From positions 1 to 37,641 of IMG/VR virus record IMGVR_UViG_3300036987_000537: a stretch of DNA of 37,641 bases, one strand, 5' to 3'. This DNA comes from a virus (taxonomy: Duplodnaviria; Caudoviricetes). The translations under genes were made by a program, and so were the position numbers. The notes under the pieces are model-generated. The model did no database searches. It was not told the origin of the DNA and saw only the letters and a program-made list of their open reading frames with translations. Shown here piece by piece: positions 32,298-37,641 of the stretch. The stretch's first letter is position 1. Every line of letters begins with the position of its first letter.

Positions 32298-35042
32298 ATG
32301 ATCACACCAAACGAGCTCCGAAAAAGAGCCATAGAGTTTTCGCGGGAACATGCAGAAGATTATGATGAGAAAAGCCAGGCACAAAACTTCTGGCGTGATT
32401 TCTTTGCTATATGGGGGCTCACTCCCCAACGGATCGGGGTTTTTGAAAGCCGCGCCCGGACCCTGAAGGGTACCGTGGGATTCATAGACTTCTTCTGGCC
32501 AGGCACCCTCCTGGTGGAACACAAGAGCCGCGGGCGTGATCTGGACGCTGCAGTGAAACAAGCCTTGGACTACTGCATCACCGGGGGGCTCAAAGAGACT
32601 GAGATGCCACGGTTTATCCTGGTATCGGATTTCGAGCACCTGCGGCTGCTTGAGTTGGCGCCCCTCCCTGGAACAGAACGTATCGAGGTAGAATTCCTAC
32701 TTTCAGAGCTGCATGAAAAGCTGCACCTGTTCAACTTCATCCTGGGTTACGAACAGCGGACGTATGCCGATGAAGATCCGGTAAACATCAAAGCCGCAGA
32801 GCTCATGGGCGCTCTGCACGATGCCCTCAAAGCCTACGGCTTCGAAGGTCATCCCTTGGAACTGTACCTGGTCCGGCTGATGTTCTGTTTCTTTGCCGAT
32901 GATACCGGTATCTTCCCCAAGGACCAGTTCGCTTTCATCATGGAGGAAAAGACCAGGGAAGATGGAAGCGATATCGGGCTCTGGGTGGCACAGGTATTCC
33001 AGACCCTGAACACAGCCTCAGACAAGCGCATGCGGAACCTGGATGAATCCCTGACTGCTCTACCCTATGTGAACGGTGGTCTCTTCGAGGAAGCGTTGCC
33101 CGTTCCACAGTTTGACAAGGCCATGCGGACTACATTTCTGCACTGTTGCCTCTTCAACTGGAGCGCTGTCTCCCCTGCAATCTTCGGAAGCCTTTTCCAG
33201 TCGGTAATGGACGCCAAAGCCAGGCGCAACCTTGGAGCCCACTATACCAGCGAGAAGAATATCCTGAAGACCATCCATGGCCTCTTTCTTGACATGCTTC
33301 ATGCTGAATTCAACAAGAGCAAGGGCTCAGTCCCTAAGCTGAAAGGCCTTCTATCTAAAATCCGTGGAATCCGTATCCTGGATCCGGCTTGTGGCTGCGG
33401 AAACTTCCTCATCCTAGCCTACCGGGAGCTGCGGCTTCTTGAAATCGCAATCCATCGAGAAATCCAGCGCATTGAGAAGCAGAAGTACATGGACCTTTCC
33501 CTGTACCGCGGTATCGACGTAGAGCACATGTATGGTATCGAAATAGAGAAATTCCCTGCCCAAATAGCCAGGACAGCACTTTGGATCATGGATCACATGA
33601 TGAATGTTCGGTTGTCTGAAGAATTTGGAGAGTACATTGTCAACCTCCCCCTGACCCAGAGCCCTCACGTAGTTCATGGGAATGCACTGCGGTTGGACTG
33701 GAAAGAAATCGTGCAACCTGCAGCCTTAAGTTATATCCTGGGGAATCCACCATTCATAGGGAAAAAGGAGCAGAAAAAAGAACAGAAGGATGATCTTTCT
33801 TTAATTTTCTCTGATTGTGGTGGAACTGGTGTATTGGATTATGTTACCTGTTGGTATTACAAGGCAGCAGAATTTATACAAGGAACGAATATTCGGTGTG
33901 CTTTTGTTTCAACGAATTCGATAACCCAAGGGGAGCAAGTTGGGGTCTTATGGGAAATTCTATTTCAACAGTTTAAGATTAAAATTGATTTCGGACATCG
34001 TACATTTAAGTGGCAAAACGAGGCAAAAGGGAATGCAGCAGTTCACTGTGTGATTATTGGGTTCGGGATTGGAGATGCACCAAAAAAATATATACATGAA
34101 TATGAATCACCTGTTGCAGATTCTCAAAAAATAGAAGTTGATAATATAACCCCTTACCTAGCCAAGGGAAGTGATATCTATTTAAAAAAAAGAAGCAAAC
34201 CAATCTCTTCAACCGCTCCTGAGATGATGTATGGAAGTATGATGATTGATGATGGTCATCTGATATTCACTAACGAGATCTATGAGTCTGGTGCTGTTGA
34301 TCCAATCGCAAAAAAATATAGCCGATTACTTGTTGGAGGAGAAGAATATATAAATTCAGGGAAACGGTGGTGCCTTTGGCTTGTCGATGCTGACCCAATG
34401 GAGATTAGAATATCAGAATTTATCATGGGTAAAATTTCCAAGGTTAGGGAGTTTCGTTTAGCTAGCAAACGACCAGCAACAAATAAGTTAGCCTCTACAC
34501 CTGGGCTCTTTGGAGAAATCAGACAACCTAAATGTGATTACCTGATAGTTCCCAAAGTGTCTTCTGAAGGTAGGTTCTATATTCCTATTGGATTTCTTCC
34601 TCCGACTACCATCGCAAGTGGGAGCGCCCTGATTATCCCAAATGCTAGCTTGTTCCATTTTGGAATACTGACAAGCGGGATGCATATGGCATGGATGCGA
34701 CAGGTCTGTGGTAGAATGAAAAGCGATTACCAATACTCAAGCAGCGTTGTCTACAATAACTTCCCATGGCCAACGATAAGGGAAAATGAGCCACAAATGG
34801 AGAGACTCTCAGTCTGTGCACAAGCGGTTCTGGACTGTCGCTTGAAGTATCCTGGATCATCTCTTGCGGACCTGTACGATCCATTGACCATACCGGCAGA
34901 CTTATCGAAAGCACACAAAGCTTTGGATGCAGCAGTAGATAAATGCTACCGGAAGGAAGCTTTTCGGACGGAACTAGAGCGGGTGGAGTTCCTTTTCAAC
35001 CTGTACGAGCGATACTCTCAGGGCCTTTTTTCTGGAGTGTAG
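32298..35042 (+). CDS. MmeI/YeeA-like type IIL restriction-modification enzyme (REase + N6-MTase + TRD), 914 aa
   Basis: EKSQAQNFW, ID...EHK nuclease motif, GAHYTS, LDPACGCGNF, GNPPF, STNSITQGEQV, YNNFPWP, LADLYDP. Confidence 0.93.
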   Translation: MITPNELRKRAIEFSREHAEDYDEKSQAQNFWRDFFAIWGLTPQRIGVFESRARTLKGTVGFIDFFWPGTLLVEHKSRGRDLDAAVKQALDYCITGGLKETEMPRFILVSDFEHLRLLELAPLPGTERIEVEFLLSELHEKLHLFNFILGYEQRTYADEDPVNIKAAELMGALHDALKAYGFEGHPLELYLVRLMFCFFADDTGIFPKDQFAFIMEEKTREDGSDIGLWVAQVFQTLNTASDKRMRNLDESLTALPYVNGGLFEEALPVPQFDKAMRTTFLHCCLFNWSAVSPAIFGSLFQSVMDAKARRNLGAHYTSEKNILKTIHGLFLDMLHAEFNKSKGSVPKLKGLLSKIRGIRILDPACGCGNFLILAYRELRLLEIAIHREIQRIEKQKYMDLSLYRGIDVEHMYGIEIEKFPAQIARTALWIMDHMMNVRLSEEFGEYIVNLPLTQSPHVVHGNALRLDWKEIVQPAALSYILGNPPFIGKKEQKKEQKDDLSLIFSDCGGTGVLDYVTCWYYKAAEFIQGTNIRCAFVSTNSITQGEQVGVLWEILFQQFKIKIDFGHRTFKWQNEAKGNAAVHCVIIGFGIGDAPKKYIHEYESPVADSQKIEVDNITPYLAKGSDIYLKKRSKPISSTAPEMMYGSMMIDDGHLIFTNEIYESGAVDPIAKKYSRLLVGGEEYINSGKRWCLWLVDADPMEIRISEFIMGKISKVREFRLASKRPATNKLASTPGLFGEIRQPKCDYLIVPKVSSEGRFYIPIGFLPPTTIASGSALIIPNASLFHFGILTSGMHMAWMRQVCGRMKSDYQYSSSVVYNNFPWPTIRENEPQMERLSVCAQAVLDCRLKYPGSSLADLYDPLTIPADLSKAHKALDAAVDKCYRKEAFRTELERVEFLFNLYERYSQGLFSGV

Positions 35043-35339
35043 CTTCTTCCCAATCCAAGGCCTGAAGTATCAAGACTAAAGCCCAGGATTCTACGAAGTA
35101 GTCCCCATCCGGTGCTCGGGCTATGCCCACGGCCCGGAGCTCTGCACCGGATATAATTGCTGTGTCCATACCCTCTATACGTCAGCAGGATCCGTGGCGC
35201 ATGCACATTTAAAGGAATTATATTTTCACATGATCTTTAAAACGAAACATGCCATCTCTGTCTCAAGCTGGTCTTTTTTCTTAGCCAATTTTTACAAATA
35301 AAATACCTTGCATGTGATATTTTCAATAGAACCACTTGC

Positions 35340-35783
35340 TCACTTATTCCTTGATTGAAGATCACAGTAATAAAAATGGTGCTCTTTATCCAAAAAGACA
35401 ATATAGAAGATATTCTCAACGATATGTCCAGCAATACAAGGTTGTCCTTTTATATGCATGGAAGCCCAGTTGGCATCACTTGTGACATGCGGGGGATATT
35501 TAAATCGTGTCTTTTTAGGGAAATTACCATAAATCTTAAACCTTCCATCAAATGCAGTTTGTATAGTTCGATTACTATATTCGTACATTTTGATCATTAA
35601 ATCCGCAAGCAATTTTTCTTTTTCCCATTCTATAAAACTTTGCCCTTGATTGCTATCAAAATCCTTAAAACTGAAAAGCAATTTTCTGTTTCCATTTGAT
35701 TTTAGTGCAGACTTCCCTGCTAAGGGATTTTGAGGGTTCTTACTTTTACCATTGATAACTGACAAGCTTTTACTTCTATCCAA
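35340..35783 (-). CDS. Putative toxin paired with the Panacea antitoxin
   Basis: Overlaps the antitoxin stop; basic N-terminus, FSF..FD and C-terminal FYIVFLD.EH reminiscent of RelE-like folds. Confidence 0.6.
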   Translation of the reverse strand: MDRSKSLSVINGKSKNPQNPLAGKSALKSNGNRKLLFSFKDFDSNQGQSFIEWEKEKLLADLMIKMYEYSNRTIQTAFDGRFKIYGNFPKKTRFKYPPHVTSDANWASMHIKGQPCIAGHIVENIFYIVFLDKEHHFYYCDLQSRNK

Positions 35784-36255
35784 TCAATGAACGATAATAT
35801 TTCTTCATTGATTCTTTAGAAATAAGGGTATCGGATCGTTCACCTGGCATACAGCCAGATCTGGCTTCCTTCCACGGCGTTTCGCTATGAGTCAATGATT
35901 CAAGATGATAGGCAGACTTATCTCCGTATTCTTGTAGAACGTTGTCGATCAAATCTTTCTGATCTTGTGTAATTTTGTTCTCAACATTGGACAGGACACC
36001 TTCAACAGCCTCATTTTTTAAAACTAGATCAGTGTAAAGACGTGATTTTGATCCAAAACGATCCCAAATCTGTCTTACGACTGGTCCATGAACCCATGCT
36101 TCATAGTCTTCAAAGACAATAGCCTCATCAAAATAGGCCAAATGCCATGCGTCGATATAGTAGACAAGCTTTTGAATCTTTAGCTGATTTGCCCGACCAA
36201 TCCTTGCAAGGATATAGTAAGCAAGTTCTACCGCACTAAGCTTAACCAATCCCAT
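35776..36255 (-). CDS. Panacea (DUF4065/SocA/GepA) antitoxin
   Basis: LKIQKLVYY, EAWVHGPV, YG.KSA..L..LTH.E.PW, I....MKKYY. Confidence 0.92.
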   Translation of the reverse strand: MGLVKLSAVELAYYILARIGRANQLKIQKLVYYIDAWHLAYFDEAIVFEDYEAWVHGPVVRQIWDRFGSKSRLYTDLVLKNEAVEGVLSNVENKITQDQKDLIDNVLQEYGDKSAYHLESLTHSETPWKEARSGCMPGERSDTLISKESMKKYYRSLIG

Positions 36256-36303
36256 CTGGTACCTCTTATAAATTTATGCACTTACATGTCCAGAACTATC
36301 TAT

Positions 36304-36331
36304 ATAATACAGTGGATCCTAGTAATTGCAA
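36304..36331 (-). promoter_or_regulatory. Putative promoter of the TA operon
   Basis: TTGCAA-16-TATTAT about 50 nt upstream of the antitoxin ATG. Confidence 0.4.
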
Positions 36332-36507
36332 GAAAATTGGTTCAAGAGAAGATTCATCGCATTGAACTATATGGATTTCGTCATGGTTCGTCTAGTTCCG
36401 CTCTCATTGATTATAAGCAAAGAGTCTCGTTACCGATGCACTTTACCTAATCGCCCTAGTTCGAAAATGGTGAAAAATATGATGCCTCAGCTATTTGTCA
36501 ACCTATA

Positions 36508-37641
36508 TCAATATTTCTCTTTTCTTGCCTTGGCTAGCTTGCCCCGGACTCCAGCACTCTTACGGTAAAGCGTCTCATCGTCAGGGTGCTGGTACTGGCT
36601 CCTGGAAACCTGAACCGAATGCCCTGCAAGCATCGCTACTTCAGTTTCATCCAAGGATTCCAGGGAATAAGTCACAAAGCTGTGTCGCAGCCAATACGGC
36701 GTCCACCCTGTGGCATCGTGCCCCAAACGCTCCAGGGCCCGCTTAAAGGCTTGGCCTATAGCTGCATTGCTTACAGGGGTGGTGCCGGTCACGGTAAAAA
36801 TGAAATCCTCATCGCCATTGAAGCGGCTTTCAGCCCGCCAGATAGCCAGTTCCTGGACGGTACGCTCCTGCAGGTACCCGGGCTTCACATTGCCGGCCTT
36901 TGTTCCCTTGATCTTGTCTGCAGTATTGCCCTCAATAGCCGAACGGATAGGGATGAATGCCCGCTCCGGATAGTAATCCTTCCAGCGCAACGCCCGTGGT
37001 TCCCCGGATCGGGTTCCAGTATCATAGAGGATCAACATGAGAGCAGCATACATGGAATTACCCCATACCCGCACCATTGCACCATGGGAGGGAGGAAATA
37101 ACTCTACCAGTACTTCCCTGGGCAAAGCCCCTCTTGGCCGTTCCGGATCCTTGGAATACTTGATGATGCCGGCGGTCGGATTGATGTTCACAATCTTGAG
37201 GGAAACCCAGCGGTCGAACATCAATTTGACTGAATAAAGGATCTTCGACCGGCTGCTCCTGGTCAACGGCGTAGCTGACTTGGGAGTAGCAACTCCACTT
37301 CTGGCTGTATAGCGGGAGGCTTCCCGTATGGCCTTATCTATATCATCGCCTATGATTTCCCGGACATCATATTCCCCAAGAAGTGGAATAATATAATTTT
37401 CGACGTGCCCCTGCCGAATTCCAAGGCTGGAAGTGGTCATGCGCCGTCCTTTGGCTATCCGGTCTTTATACCAGTCCCCGTCTGGATCAAAGAATCCTTT
37501 GGCCAAATCCTTCATCAGCAAGCGTTTTTCAGGTTCAGCGAGCAGCCGGTTCTTGTTCCTGCGGCCCCAGACCAGGGCTTTTTCAGGATCCTGTTCAGGG
37601 GTCATATGGTAACGTTCCGGCGCTTCCCGAAACGCAACCAT
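36508..37641 (-). CDS. int: Tyrosine integrase (5' end may extend beyond the window)
   Basis: TGTRSGE (R), TK, YWLRHS (Y in the HxxR His position), AGHS and QY catalytic motifs. Confidence 0.93.
   Translation of the reverse strand: MVAFREAPERYHMTPEQDPEKALVWGRRNKNRLLAEPEKRLLMKDLAKGFFDPDGDWYKDRIAKGRRMTTSSLGIRQGHVENYIIPLLGEYDVREIIGDDIDKAIREASRYTARSGVATPKSATPLTRSSRSKILYSVKLMFDRWVSLKIVNINPTAGIIKYSKDPERPRGALPREVLVELFPPSHGAMVRVWGNSMYAALMLILYDTGTRSGEPRALRWKDYYPERAFIPIRSAIEGNTADKIKGTKAGNVKPGYLQERTVQELAIWRAESRFNGDEDFIFTVTGTTPVSNAAIGQAFKRALERLGHDATGWTPYWLRHSFVTYSLESLDETEVAMLAGHSVQVSRSQYQHPDDETLYRKSAGVRGKLAKARKEKY

Larger units (their letters stand above)
1..37641. mobile_element. Temperate siphovirus prophage (HK97-type head, non-contractile tail), nearly complete
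   Basis: Ordered lysis-tail-head-packaging-replication-switch-accessory-integrase modules, many ATGA/TAATG gene couplings, no tail sheath gene, no att sites seen. Confidence 0.96.

Noticed and set aside
34996-35206. GC-richer patch with a CCGGTGC/GCACCGG stem and short minus-strand ORFs between the RM and TA genes
   Set aside because: No U-tract or recognisable protein motif; may be a relic or a convergent terminator, but the evidence is insufficient.
36256-36507. attL/attR core near the integrase
   Set aside because: No matching direct repeat found by eye; the window appears cropped at gene ends, so att sites probably lie outside.

Overview
The window is an almost complete temperate siphovirus prophage with HK97-type head genes. 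Minus strand, left to right: lysis cassette (1-1690), tail fibre chaperone and a 2179-aa tail tip/fibre, tape measure protein, frameshifted tail chaperones, tube, neck, capsid, ClpP protease, portal, terminases and HNH (to ~20.7 kb). An early/replication operon follows (20.9-30.0 kb) and contains a tRNA/tRNA-like RNA cluster. After it come a divergent switch made of two ribbon-helix-helix genes, an accessory/defence island (secreted thermonuclease, STAS-like protein, MmeI-like type IIL RM enzyme, Panacea toxin-antitoxin pair) and a tyrosine integrase at the right edge. The most unusual observations are: (1) a 146-nt tRNA-Ala-like RNA with a ~79-nt structured insert, in a run of atypical tRNAs and hairpin-rich spacers; (2) a circularly permuted M23 endolysin; (3) an RHH/RHH switch next to a leftover C-terminal fragment of a CI/S24 repressor; (4) a nested spanin-like gene pair with no lipobox. 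All calls come from motif reading and synteny; no database searches or folding programs were run. No att sites are visible.
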